This document shows, piece by piece, positions 12,637-24,886 of a stretch of DNA of 64,000 bases. Made by a program: the position numbers and the translations under genes. This DNA comes from Takakia lepidozioides (lineage: Eukaryota; Plantae; Bryophyta): positions 22,692,001-22,756,000 of the forward strand of contig CM060731.1 in the NCBI GenBank assembly GCA_030704615.1. The letters run 5' to 3'. The notes under the pieces are model-generated. The model was not told the DNA's origin. It searched no databases and saw only the letters and a program-made list of their open reading frames with translations. Position 1 is the first letter of the stretch, and each line of letters begins with the position of its first letter.

Positions 12637-13639
12637 TGTCACGCGGCTTTTGCTCACCCATCCCTTCGCTATCCGAGGCGGAAACTCCAAGATAGAAGAG
12701 TTGGAAATCTCTAAGCACTCAGCCCGCTCAGAACAAATCAGTCATGACCTACAGCTAGTGTATCATGGGGGTGTTTCCTATTTGTTTTCCTTCCCGCATT
12801 CATGTTAGCTAGTTACCTTACTGTTGGTAATTAAGTATCAGTTTGCTTCAGCAATCTATCGGATCCCATCAACTCATCCATTCATTCCACAACTTCACTC
12901 AGATCTCTCTACACAGTGTGAGTATGAAGTATGTATCAGATTAATATCTATCGAGTATCAGGCTGAAGCCATGGAGTCTCTAATCTGCTCTACATTACAA
13001 CTCTACTGCTTGCATTCATTAAGCATCAACAGATCGTCCTCCTCCTACTCTGTGCTCTCCCTCCTTCCGCTCAGAGATGCGCTCTCTCCTCCTTTCCTCC
13101 CGTGAAGTCCGAAGTTCCCCCAAGAAGTGATCCCTCGCCTCCTTCTCCCCGAATTCCCCCAAGAAGTGATCCCCCGCCTCCCGTCCTCGCTCCTGGCTTT
13201 ATCTTCCTACCCGTCGTTCTAAACGTTTTCCTCACTAACCGTCATCCGTGTACTAACATGTTCCATTCGCAGATGTTGTTCCCCACAGTCGTTCCCTATC
13301 CTACTATCCATTCCCTATGGTCGTGACAGCTGTGTCAAGCTGTGACTGGCTGTGCGACTGTGTTGGGCTGTGTCGACTGTGTCGAGCTGTGACTAGCTGT
13401 GACGGCCGTGTCTGGCTGTGTCGGCTGTGTCGGACTGTGACGGGCTGTGTTGGCTGTGATGGGCTGTGACGGGTTGTGTCGGACTGTGACGAGCTGTGTT
13501 GGCTGTGACGGGCTGTGTGACCCCCCTCTAAGTGCGCTGCTGTCACCCCTAAGGCTCATGTTGGTCTTAGTCTGTGCAAAATTAAGGGTACCCCCACAGA
13601 TCCCGTATAAGTGTCTAAGTCCCAGACAGTCCTCTAACA
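12637..13639 (-). repeat. 3' LTR (1003 bp) with a GCTGTG tandem array
   Basis: Nearly identical to 24887-25889 apart from a few substitutions and repeat-unit indels. Confidence 0.96.
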
Positions 13640-13657
13640 TTACCCCTTTCCCCTCTC
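13640..13657 (-). other. Polypurine tract
   Basis: Minus strand reads GAGAGGGGAAAGGGGTAA immediately before the 3' LTR. A similar tract is at 59141. Confidence 0.9.
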
Positions 13658-13678
13658 AAAAAGTCGTGTCCTCACGGT

Positions 13679-16600
13679 TTACTGATTGGGATTAGCAAAC
13701 CTTTGTGAGCGAGCACCTTTCTGACGTTGAGAGTCTCGTGAAGGACTCTGTGTACGAGCCCGAGGTCTGTCACTGGTTGACGGAGATGATTGAACACTAC
13801 CTGGATATGTGAGGCCCTCTGGAGGCTGATATCGAGGTAATCTTTCAGGCATAGGAGACCCCCGTCGCTTCTTCTCTGCCATCTGAATTGCATAGTCTTC
13901 TTCCATGTCAAAAGAGTCCGCTGAAGAAACAGTTGTATCAGAATCCTCATCGCCTCTCAGGTGTTTTAACTGCCGAACTTTTTGTGGAATCCTCTGGGGC
14001 ATACAATGTTGTCCTACCATGTCTGGAAGTTTAAATTTTAAAACTTGATGTAAACGCTGAATGGCAAAATTGGTGAAGACCCTGAGCTCCTTGTCTATCC
14101 AGGTGAGTGGGGTATCAATGACTTGTGAATTGTGTAAGTATTTCTATGCATCCTGTCCCTTAAAGAAAATATCATCAGGGCCGAATTTCTGTGTTGACAA
14201 ATTGTTCCAGGCCGCATGAAACCATGAACGAATTTGAGAATCCATAACTTTTGCCTCATATAGGTACTTATGAGGTGGCACTGAAGGTAAGACCCAATGA
14301 TCCCCACTGGAATAACTCAGAAAGCGCGATTGCATCTTGTGCTGCTCAATGTGATAACGTACCAGAAAACAAGCAGCGTAGTATAACCCACAGCCCATGA
14401 CAATACTTGCTACCTCCTTGGTCTTGGTATAAATGAATCCATGTACAACTTGGAAGGCAATTAATTCCTTCAACATGGTACTTGCCTCATGCCAGTACCG
14501 CGCAAAGTGATGATCCTCAATGGGTCGATTGTTTGGAAGAACCTTAGTTCTAGTTGCCACTGGCAGCCAAATGTGCATGATTTGATAGTAATGTGCCAAT
14601 GACTGCGGATGACTAAATTCTTTCCAAGCCAAATCCAACACAATGGGAATTTGGTTGAAGGGCATAATCATAGCCCTACTGTACCCCCTTGCAGCTGGAG
14701 TTTTAGGTGGGTTAAAAGCAGCATTCCCCCATACCTCAGGCTGTGGTGGCTGTGGTGTGGCTGTAGTAACAACAGGGTTAGCTACTGGCACAGTGACTTG
14801 TTGTGGTGTTGGTGGCACTGGCTCTTGTAGCATTTGCATCTCCTGCACCTCCTGTGAAGAAGACTGAAAAGCCAAGGTTCTCGCTTTTAAATAAGAAGCC
14901 ATTAGCTGTTCCTCAGGTACACAGACTCTCTTGTCGATATTTGAAGTGAGGTCCTCCACTTGAGTCTGCAGGCCGTCTACATCCTCTTGTAACTCCGCTA
15001 TTCTACTATAGACATTGTCTATAGTAGTAGTGGCAATGTTCTGCACTTGCAGTCTGAGCTCATTCATCTCGCTTTGGGTGAGCTTTCGTGGTGTTTTGCC
15101 CTCCACTGGCCCTTGTGCTAACCAGACCTGCATAAGGTGGTTATCCACCAAGTTGCTTGTGGTACCTCTGAGAGTCTGCTCCTCTCTGAGTTTGTACATA
15201 TCTAACTGCTGTTGTAAAGCCTCCATGCGCTTCGCATGAGGTTCAACCAAATTCGCATAGGCAGCAAGCAGATTATTGGCTTCCTTCCAAGCCTTGTTAG
15301 TGACAGAGATTTCATTTCTATTGGCCATGACCGTTTGTTGCAACTCCAGGATGTGCCTCTCTTGGTCAGCTTCAACCTGCCTGTATTGCTTGAAAGTATC
15401 CTCATTGCGACAGATTGTATTCTTCATATCGACAATGAGTTTCACTTGCTCAACATTCTCTGCCTCTGCCTTCGTACATCTTTCCGCTTGACTGTTTATT
15501 TCTATTGTAGATTGGTCAAGCATAGTTGTGAGTGTAGCACATTGGATGGCCATCCTGTCATGCACTGTCTGCAACTCCGTATGTAGTGCATTCACTTGTT
15601 GCAACTTGCTTTCATGCTTCACCTGCATTTGGTATAGCTGTTGCTTATGTGCTTCGTGCAACTGGTCTTGCGCGAGGCCTGCCTCAATCAATTGTTCCTT
15701 GGCCAATTGCAAAGCCGCTTCTGTACTCTCTAAGTCTTGCTGCATCTTGAGAGTGACCTCTTCATCGACCTTGTTTGCACACTCTGTGGCAAGTCGAGCC
15801 TCAAACTCCTTCCTGAGTTCCTCCCTCAAAGCTGCCAATTGAGTAGTGGGAACATGGGATTTGACATAAGTACCCAACAAATTAAGTGTCATGCTTATGG
15901 AACTCATAAGCATGGCCTGTTGAGGGTCATCTTGGTGAGCTTGCTGCTGTTCTCCCTGATCCTCAATAGTGTGATGCCTTACGAACCACTCAGGCCATTG
16001 CCCCACCAGATTTTCTTCCTGAACCACTTCATTCGTCACCGGTGCTGCAGTGTCTTGACATTCTACCTGTGGTACCTCCGTCACAGGTGTGTGTATTATA
16101 TGCACCGCAGGGTTTCCCCTGGACAACCGTTGCACCTCCAGAATCACTGTGTCCTTTATCATACCAGAATATTCATAGAGAAGGTCCCCCTTCTCAATTT
16201 CTGCCACCACCTGTTCTGTAGTGGGAATATCTAACCCTTCTTTTTCCAAATCAATTATTTCTGGTGGAACTGCATGGACAACTTGTGGTAACTCTGTGAC
16301 AAGCCGATCATCTGGCTGTGATGGCTGTGATACTGAAGTAACTTCCTCTTCCCTCTCTGAAGGTCTTGCTTCCAGTAATAGCAGTTCTCTGTGCTGCTGT
16401 GCCCCTTCCTGCACAAGAGCTTGGGAAACATTATTATGCGGATTCCGTGAAGCTAGTGGATCCGCCACTACAGTCTTTCCCCGCCTCTGTCTCTTAGTCT
16501 TGGGTTGCCCTGCCAGTCCACCCTCACTGTGTGAAGAGCCTTGCTCTTCCATTGCAGTGGTTTCTGGCTCAAACACTCTCATCTCCTTTCTTTCTCGAGC

Positions 16601-17442
16601 ATCAAGTATGCCAGAATCAAGAATTATTTGAGCAATGATTGGGCCAGACACTATGATAGGAGACTTTGCGGCAGTACCCTGTAATCTTTTCATCTCCTCT
16701 ACCAGTGCGTTGTACATTATGTCCGCCCATTCTACCTCTTCTCCTCTCAGGGCTTTGAGTATTTCTTCTGTGAAGGATCTGCTCAAATACTGTTGGTTCT
16801 GTTTCATGGCAAACAGAATGTTCAATACCTGGCCTACCTCCCTTAGCCCTGGGTACACGGCCTTGGTACAAGCATAACCCTGAGTTTTAAAGAAACTCCC
16901 TTCTTGGAATAAGTCCCGTATTTGCAGTCTTGCCCTGTGCTCCTCCACATGCACCTGACCTGCTGGCAATCGAAACAATTGCTGTAGGTGTAGGGGAGTA
17001 ATTACTAATTCAACTCCCTTCACCGTTGTTACTCCTGTCCTTGGCTCAAAGTTCTGCAAGAATTGTAACATGTACTGTCTATGGTGCAATGTCCAATCTT
17101 TGCTTTGCAATCCTTCCAATCGCAGCTCCTTCAGTAACTTTACCGCCTATGGAGTAGCAATCGTTTGTTTCTGCAGGATTGTGGTGCTCTTCACCCTGAT
17201 TTCTTCCATTCCTCTCACTCTCTTCATTCTAGACCCACAGAAATGTTTTGGCTGTAACAATTGAAGAAATGCCTGCAGGGCACAAAGCATAAACGTATGG
17301 TTGTCACAAAAAGCTATGGGTAATTCTTGTAAGACTGCGGGGCTTGCAAGCATCGATCAAGAGAAAAGACCCGTTCTGTTCTTTCGTCCCTATGCCACTG
17401 CGTAAGTAATATTGCGAGCGTATAGTCTGTTAGTTCCTCCAT
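13679..17442 (-). CDS. Extra 3' ORF (env-position): Transposase_32/Athila-like N-terminal domain, long coiled coil, conserved C-terminal domain; core ORF 14144-17119 (991 aa)
   Basis: LQFLQNF…VKGVELVITPLHLQQLFRLP…VEWADIMYNAL…SGPIIAQII followed by a heptad-rich region. The protein is conserved in the copy at 59179-62910. Confidence 0.8.
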
Positions 17443-17937
17443 AGCTTCAAAGCTATAGCATTGATGGTTTGTCCCGTCGAGACGCCCGTTACTTAGAACG
17501 ACGCCGACTCTTGCGCTTAAATTCCCTCCAATTTCTTGATCCCTTTTCTGGCTTTCGATTGGCTGTAACCGCTGTGACTGGATTTTAGATTTAATTTTCT
17601 TTATTGGACTTTCCCTGCTGGACTGTCCACTAGGATAACACATGTGACAAGAATTTCGCTTTTTTGTACTTCCCGTTTGTTCTGTTGCCCCTTTTCCGTA
17701 TTCATTAATGGGCCCGCCATTCATCCGAATTGACGTGCTAATTAGGTATTTTGACGGCCATTCTTGTCCTCTTTCTTGATGACATCTGTTCTTGCACTTC
17801 CTTCTCAGCTGTGTGTTGCGCCTTGACTTCCACGTGTCCCTTTCTAAACTGGCTTCCGTCCTTTCTTCCGCCGGCCATTTCCCTGAAGTTATCCTGCGTC
17901 CACCTGTCACTGATTCTATGGATTGTGTAACCCTAGT

Positions 17938-18120
17938 AGGCTGTGTTAAGCTGTGACAGGCTGTGTCATATTGTGGTACGCCGTGATAGGCTGTGATACA
18001 CTGTGGTAAGCTGTGATAGGCTGTGACACGCTGTGGTAGGTTGTGATATGCTGTGTCGCGCCTTGATGGGCTGTGATAGGCTGTGTCACGTCGTGATGGG
18101 CTGTGATAGGCTGTGTCGCG
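17938..18120. repeat. Internal tandem array of about 20-bp GGCTGTG units between pol and the extra ORF
   Basis: gctgtgataggctgtg… units share the core of the LTR array. An equivalent array is at 63060-63195. Confidence 0.85.
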
Positions 18121-18249
18121 CTTGTTCTGCCCGCCCTGGTCATATATGCTCGGCCTAGCGACAAGTGCTCCATACTCCGTTGGTATCACTGGCGCAGCCC
18201 GTGACTGCTTTTGCGTTTCAACATGCAAATCATGCTGCAATGGTTTGTC

Positions 18250-21200
18250 ATGGATACCACTGTACCCCTTCAACTTATTGGCATTGACTCTTCCCAGCAT
18301 CTCTTTGTTAATGGTTTGTAACATGGCGGTGTTGTTATCATACATCTTTTGTATGACATAAGGTCCTTTCCATGGTGATTTAAGCTTAGAAGCTTTAATC
18401 TTTCCCTTCTTCTGCAACCATAGAACCAAATCTCCCGTCTTAAAAGTCTTTAACTTGCCTTCATCAAACTGTTCCTTCCTCTTCATCTGAATTCTGGTCA
18501 TATTATCAGCTGCATCAGCACGTACTTCTTCCACATGGTATAATTCATGTTTCCTGACCTTAATGGAATCTTGCAATTCCATTCTCTTTCCCCATTCCGT
18601 TCTCATGGTAGGTAACAGGAATTCCACTGGAAGTAAAGCTTCCATACCATAAACTAATTGGAATGGTGTATACTTAGTGGTGACTTTATATGAAGTCCTG
18701 TATGACCACAAAGCTGTCAGCAGCTTTGTATCCCAATCCGTTCTGTTTGCATTGACTATCTTAGCCAAGATAGTACATAGTATTTTGTTGGTAGCCTCTG
18801 CCTGCCCATTACCCTGTGGGTAATATGTTGTACTCTTCCTATGCACAATCATGAACTCTTTAGTCAATAATTCAATGGTCTCATTAATGAAGTGACTTCC
18901 CTGATCACTGATAAATTCCAAGGGACAGCCAAATCGTGTAAGTATGTTCTCATACAGGAACCTTGCTGTGGACTTGGCTGTGTTGTCCCTCAAAGCTTTA
19001 GCTTCCACCCACTTCGTAGTATAATCAGTGGCTGTAATTATGTACCTGTTCTGTGTATTCTTGGCTGGTGGGTTAATTGGTCCAACAAAGTCTAGTCCCC
19101 ATTTCTGAAATGGTTCCGTAGGCATTGTAGGATGCAAAGCCATCTTCCCAGATCTCTGCAAAGGTCCTAGCCTCTGACATTCATCACAACTCTGACAATA
19201 CTTGTGTACATCTTTGAACAAAGTAGGCCACCAGTAACCTGCATGTAGTATTTTCCTGCTGGTAGTCTCTTCTCCAAAATGACCTCCTGCCACTCCTTTA
19301 TGAACTTCCTCCAAAACTTTATTAACTTCATGGTGGTATAAGCATCGCTTCAGCACTCCATCTGGTCCTAGCTTATACATTCTGCTCCCTACCATAGTGT
19401 AAGGTAGAGCCTTGATAGCAATTCTCTTTCTCTGCTCCTTTCCATAACTTGGTGGGCACTGACCATGAGCAAGGTAGTATCTGATTGGCCACTGCCAATC
19501 TAACCAGTCATCTGCACTTCCCTGCACCTCCACTGCAAATAGACTCGCATCTGGTAATTGATCATCTACTCCCGTGGCTGGTTCTCCTGTTGATAACCGT
19601 GACAAGTGATCCGCCACAAGATGCAGCCTCCCAGGCTTGTAAACAACCTCGAACTCAAACTCGTGCAAGATTATCAACCATCTTGCTATTCTTCCGCTTA
19701 TCAGAGGTTTGTTTACCAGGTATATCAGAGCCTGGTGATCCACATAGAACATAAACTTCTTGCCCAACAGGTAATGCCTGAATTTCTTCACTGCATAGAT
19801 CATTGCCAATGCTTCTCTTTCCGTTGTGCTATAATTTCTTTCGGCATTGTTCATCAATCGGCTAGCATAGTACACAGGTGAATCTATCCTTCCTGTAACA
19901 TTTTGGGCTAACACTGCTCCTAGTGCTTCTCCAGAAGCATCACAGTGAACATGAAATATTTCCTGCCAGTGAGGATTAATCAGCACAGGTGTAGTTGTTA
20001 CTGACAATGTAAGTTCCTCAAAAGCCTGTTGACATTCAGGTGTCCATGCAAACACTGCATCTTTCTTCAGAAGTTTGCTCAATGGTGCTGCTATCTGTGC
20101 ATACCGTCTGACAAATCTTCTGTAATAGCTGGTTTGTCCAAGGAATCTCCTTAGACTCTTAACATTCACTGGTGGTGGAGAGGCTTTAATGGCCTCTGTT
20201 TTCCTGGGATCCACAAGAAGTCCCCTCTTACACACAATGTGTCCCAGAAGCACCCCTGAGTTCACACAGAAAGTACACTTCTCTGGATTCAGGCCCAGAC
20301 CTCTCATCCTGCATCTGGCCAGACATAACTCCAATTTATGCAAGTGCTCATTCTTAGAGCTGTACACACTGAAATCATCCAAGAACACCTGCATGAAATC
20401 ATCCAGATACTCATGAAAAGATTCACTTATCACTCTCTGAAAGGTTGCTGGTGCATTACAAAGTCCAAAGGGCATGACTTTGTATGCATAAGCACCCCAG
20501 TCTGTGATGAAAGCTGTCTTTCCTTGGTCTTCTTCTGCCACTTGCACTTGATTATAACCACTGAAGCCATCCATGAATGAGTACATCTCATGGCCTGCCA
20601 CAGTGTCCAATACTGCTTCTGTGAATGGCAAAGGGAAGGATCTTTCTTCGTACAAGCATTCAGCTTCTTGTAGTTCACACAAACTCTTAGTTTACCATTC
20701 TTCTTGGGAACTATCACAATGGGTGACAACCAAGTTGTATACTCTATTGGGTATATAAACTTAGCCTCAGCCAACTTCTTGATCTCTTCTCCAACCTTCT
20801 GTGCGTAGTTGGGATTCATTCTGTACCTTGCCTGCTTGATTGGTACTGACCCTGGTTCCAGTTCAATATATGCTGACAGATTTCAGGTGGTATCCCTTTT
20901 AGATCCTCATAGCTCCAAGCAAATACATCTCTGTATTTGATGAACAAACTCTTAGCTTCTTCAAAGAATTCTGGCTCCAAATCAGCTCCTACCTTCACCA
21001 TCCTCGGTTCCTCTTTAGTTCCCACATTCACTTCCCTCACTTGCTCATCAGCTGTGATTGTCCAACCAGTCACCACTTCATCCTGTAAACTCACAGTGGC
21101 TGGTTCCTCTAGGATTTCCATTTCTCCTTCTTTTTCTTCATAGAAATGTGATGGGTAACTGCTGGTTTCCTCTTCAATTGGTGTTGCTGACACTACACCA

Positions 21201-21960
21201 CAGCAGATACCCTTAAACAACTTAGGCCTTCCAGCCGCATCTCTGCAACCTGCTCCCACTCTGGGTGTGCAGCAAATAGGGTAGCTTCCTGCTCCTCATC
21301 CAGTCCTCCTCTCCAGTCATACTCTCTGACCCCTCGAGGTCTTCTCGTAGCAGGTAATCTACTAGATTTCTTTGTGGTAATTTGTATCTCGTGTATCCCA
21401 TTATGCACGGTTAGTAACTGAGAATTCCAGTCATGGAATACCCTGGCCTGTTTCAGCCACGGACGTCCCAATAATAAGGAGTAAGCCTCCATGACTTCAT
21501 CCATCTTCAACACAGTTACTGTGATCATAAAGATCATCTTCTGTATCTGTATCTTAACTCCTCTTATTAATCCCAATGGCTGTACACTTCTTTGATCTGC
21601 CATTGTTACTGTAAATGGGGCTGGTTTCATGTTACTTAGACCAAGCTTCTTTCTTAATTGGTCTGTCATGATATTTACTCCAGAGCCTCCATCTATCAGT
21701 ACATCAGTTAGTTCTGTGCTTCCAATTCTCAATTGGATTACTGGCATAGAATCATCAAAGTCCATGACTGTTTCTCGCCCTTCCGGCTTCACATTATAAC
21801 TGGTCACCTTGTTGTTCAGGTCTGTGTTTCCTGTCTCCTGGGCAATTCGATTGATTGCTTGATACAGCCTGTGTCTACAATAAGGTGCCACAGCCAATAG
21901 CTGTCCAATGGTAATCTCTGCTTTGGTCTGGCATATTACTTCAGCCAAAGTCCCTTCATT
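18250..21960 (-). pseudogene. pol: pol: aspartic protease, reverse transcriptase, RNase H and integrase (frameshifted)
   Basis: LIDGGSGVNIM (protease); MPFGLCNAPATFQ and FLDD (RT); CDASG…YVDHQAL…ADHLSR (RNase H); H-x6-H…CxxC, WGLDFVGP, SDQGSHF and QGNGQAE (integrase). Confidence 0.95.
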
Positions 21961-24276
21961 ACTGCATGTCTGCATCTTCTTTCTTCCTTTCATCCTCACT
22001 CACTTCTTCTTCTCCATCAGAATCAGAGGAATCTGCCACAGGAATATCAGTACTCTTCTGCATTTCCCTTATGGTATCTGCCACTTCCTTGTGCAGTTCC
22101 TTCTCATCTCTCCAAGCCTCATCATCTTCAGGCATATCACTGCCACCTTCATTATCATCCTCTTCCTCAACTACTGGAGGTATTAGTTTGGCTTTGCTTC
22201 TTGTTACTATCATTGTACTTACTTCTGGTACAACACATGGCCTAACCATGTGAGCTGCCACCACTGGGCCCTCATTCACAGGAGCTCTCATCTCATTCTG
22301 GTGTCTAATCCAGAATGAACAGGCTGCCTTGCGATGTCCTGGCTGATTACAATAGTAACATAGTTCTTCACCATTGGGTCCTCGCCCTTGGTCTGTTCTT
22401 GGATTATTTCTGTAATCCTAATTCCCGGGCTGGTAATTCCCCCTTGGATTACCCTGATAGTTGCCTCTGGAATTTCCTTGGTAATTCCCTCTTGAATTAC
22501 CTCTCCCTTCCATGCCATTGTTATAACCACCAGACCTACCATAGTGGTCCTGATCATTGTTTCTTCTTGGCTGGGGCTGCACCTGATGCACCCTTACTTG
22601 CCTAGGTTCTCTTGCAGCTGTCCTTCTGTTGTAGTAACAATTCTCAGTAGAATGGTTATTCATTTTATAGATAGTACAGTGTTTCTCCTTATGTGGCATT
22701 CTGTGGTGGTATGGCCTTCATTCTGGCACTTTGCACACCATACACCCTTCCTCCAATGTGTTGCAGCCTCTGTGGCATACTTCTTCAAGATTTCTTCCAA
22801 TCTTTTCTCATAGTTATCCCTCTTCAACTTCTCCTTTCTCTTACTCTTCCTTTTTAGTTCTTGCTCTTCTTCTTCATCTGACTCATCCTCAGAGTCCTCA
22901 TCATCCCTTTTCTCTCTCCTGAGCATTCCCAATTGCTCAATTCTGTTTGCAGTTTCAAATGCCTCCTCCACTGTATTATGGGGTAACATATCCACTTTCT
23001 TTTGCAACTCTGGTCTTAGTCCACTCACAAACCAAGTCTTCTGTAAACCTGGTGCTGGTACTGCAGCCAGCTTTTTCATCATCAATTCCATCTTTTCCAT
23101 ATACTCCTCAACAGTTTCATGCTTCTTTTGCTTTAACTGTTGTAAACTTCCATACACCTCATCCTCAGTCTTGTCCTGAACCTATTTCGTTTTACTTGTC
23201 CTGAACCTATTTCGGAATGCTGTATTCAAGCCATTCCAGGTTAGGAAATGATTATCAGGGAATCTTGCATACCATTCACTTGCTTTCTTGATAAGTGAAC
23301 AAGGAAACAATCTCATCTTGGCATCATCGCCATTCTCATTGTTCACTATACACATGTGCTCAAATTGGCTAATGTGTACATCGGGATCCCCTTTTCCTGA
23401 ATATATTGGAAAATGTGGTTTTGCCCGTGTTGGTTGTAACGCCATCTGTGGCCCTACCTTCTGCCCACTGACAGGTGCTGGCACCCTTGCTGGTGCTGGT
23501 CCTTCAGGACCTGTTGTTGTTGTGGTGGATCTTCCACCAAGTGGTGGCCCTTGAGCACTCCCTGCTACTGGCCCCACGATATTCACAGTATTCCCAGCTT
23601 CAGTTGCACTACTTCCCACACTCCCAGTCCCCCCAGAGCCAGATCCAGGCAGCCCGCCTAATCCCCCTGAGCCGACACCTTCGTTGGCCTGTGATCCAAG
23701 TGCTCCACTTGATCCAGGTCCAACGGGTTGGGATGTCCTGGTTGTAGTCTCAACCTCAGCTGTTGGGTCTACTTCTTCATACTCTTCCTCTTCCAATTTC
23801 TTCTCTCTGTTTTCATCCTCCAAGTTCTGCCCTTGGGTTTCTTCTTCACTCATGTAACTCAACTGCAATGGTGTTGGAGAGTCTGAACTCTCCGTTGGCT
23901 CTGCCACATCCTCTCCTCCTTCTTTACCTTCCGCTTCAGAAACTGGAGTTCCTGCTTTTGGTGTTCCATGCCAACTCTTATCAAAGATTTCTGTCAAATC
24001 TTTTATCCAGGGATGTACCTCAGATCTTTCACCTCGTGATTGATCTTCTTCCCGTACCAATTCCCTTAATCTTTCTTGCAAAGAAAAAGAAGGAGTGGCA
24101 TCCAACTCTAGTTCTTCCGGTATGGGTGATGTACTCTTTGATCTTAATGGTGCGAGAGGTCCAGATGATTCCCCTATGTCTATTCCTCTCTCCCAAAGAT
24201 ATGGATAATTAGCTTTCAGATAGCTTTCTCTTTTTGCTGAATATCTCTGGCGTCTAGCTTCTCTTTCATCACTCAT
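21960..24276 (-). pseudogene. gag: gag with zinc knuckles
   Basis: YSGKGDPDVHISQF…LFPCSL…ASEWY…F.NRF; LKQKKHETVEEY; CAKCQNEGHTTTEC. In-frame TAG at 23182-23184. Confidence 0.9.
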
Positions 24277-24297
24277 GTCCCATGTCTTTCATTTCTT

Positions 24298-24822
24298 TTA
24301 ATGTGGCAATAACCAATACTCTCTTCTGTAATATCTCTCGTATATGCCTGGGTTTCTTTCTAGCTTCAATGCACCCTTGGCTATACTAGAAGTCTCCGTT
24401 ACCATATAACCATATGGCAAACAAGTCTGGAAAGTTGTTCTTGGTGTGAGTTTGATCCACAAAATATCCTTTGGAATCCAATTCTTTACCAGTACAAGCT
24501 CTTCATGCATATGAGTATACACATTCACCTTTCTTTCCTCCCAGCCTTCAAACTCTACTCGCTTAATGGATAGCAATGCTATTACATAAACCAGTGTTGG
24601 TAACCAACGTGCTCTTCCTCTACAGGCCACCTGATAAATCTTTATCACTCCTTTCTCCAGACCCCATTCAGGGTCAGCATCATGCACTCTCTTAAGAATG
24701 TTTTCTTTACAACCGTCTGGCAATTCCAAGAACCTTTGAAAGAATCGTTTGGATAATCTTTCCTTCTCAGTTTCACAAGGAATTTGATTCACATCAAAAT
24801 TCTTTAATTCTCCAACCACCAT
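24298..24822 (-). CDS. Extra ORF (174 aa) between the PBS and gag
   Basis: ATG-initiated, stop-free, and fills nearly all the space between the PBS and the gag start. Confidence 0.55.
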   Translation of the reverse strand: MVVGELKNFDVNQIPCETEKERLSKRFFQRFLELPDGCKENILKRVHDADPEWGLEKGVIKIYQVACRGRARWLPTLVYVIALLSIKRVEFEGWEERKVNVYTHMHEELVLVKNWIPKDILWIKLTPRTTFQTCLPYGYMVTETSSIAKGALKLERNPGIYERYYRREYWLLPH

Positions 24823-24864
24823 GATCCTACCAGATGCCTGTCACATCTGGTTGTTCATGATCCA

Positions 24865-24884
24865 GTTCCCCAGTATGGTCGCCA
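24865..24884 (-). other. Primer binding site TGGCGACCATACTGGGGAAC (tRNA-Arg-like)
   Basis: Starts with TGG 2 nt after the 5' LTR and resembles the TGGCGACTCCACTGGGGA PBS of Tat/Ogre elements. Confidence 0.75.
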
Positions 24885-24886
24885 AA

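Noticed and set aside
17314-18250. Apparent 300-aa C-terminal extension of integrase
   Set aside because: It runs through the repeat array and is not open in copy 2, so no chromodomain or other domain is supported.
23170-23214. In-frame TAG inside gag as possible read-through
   Set aside because: It lies within a local 20-bp duplication (cttgtcctgaacctatttcg twice), so a copy-specific lesion is the simpler explanation.
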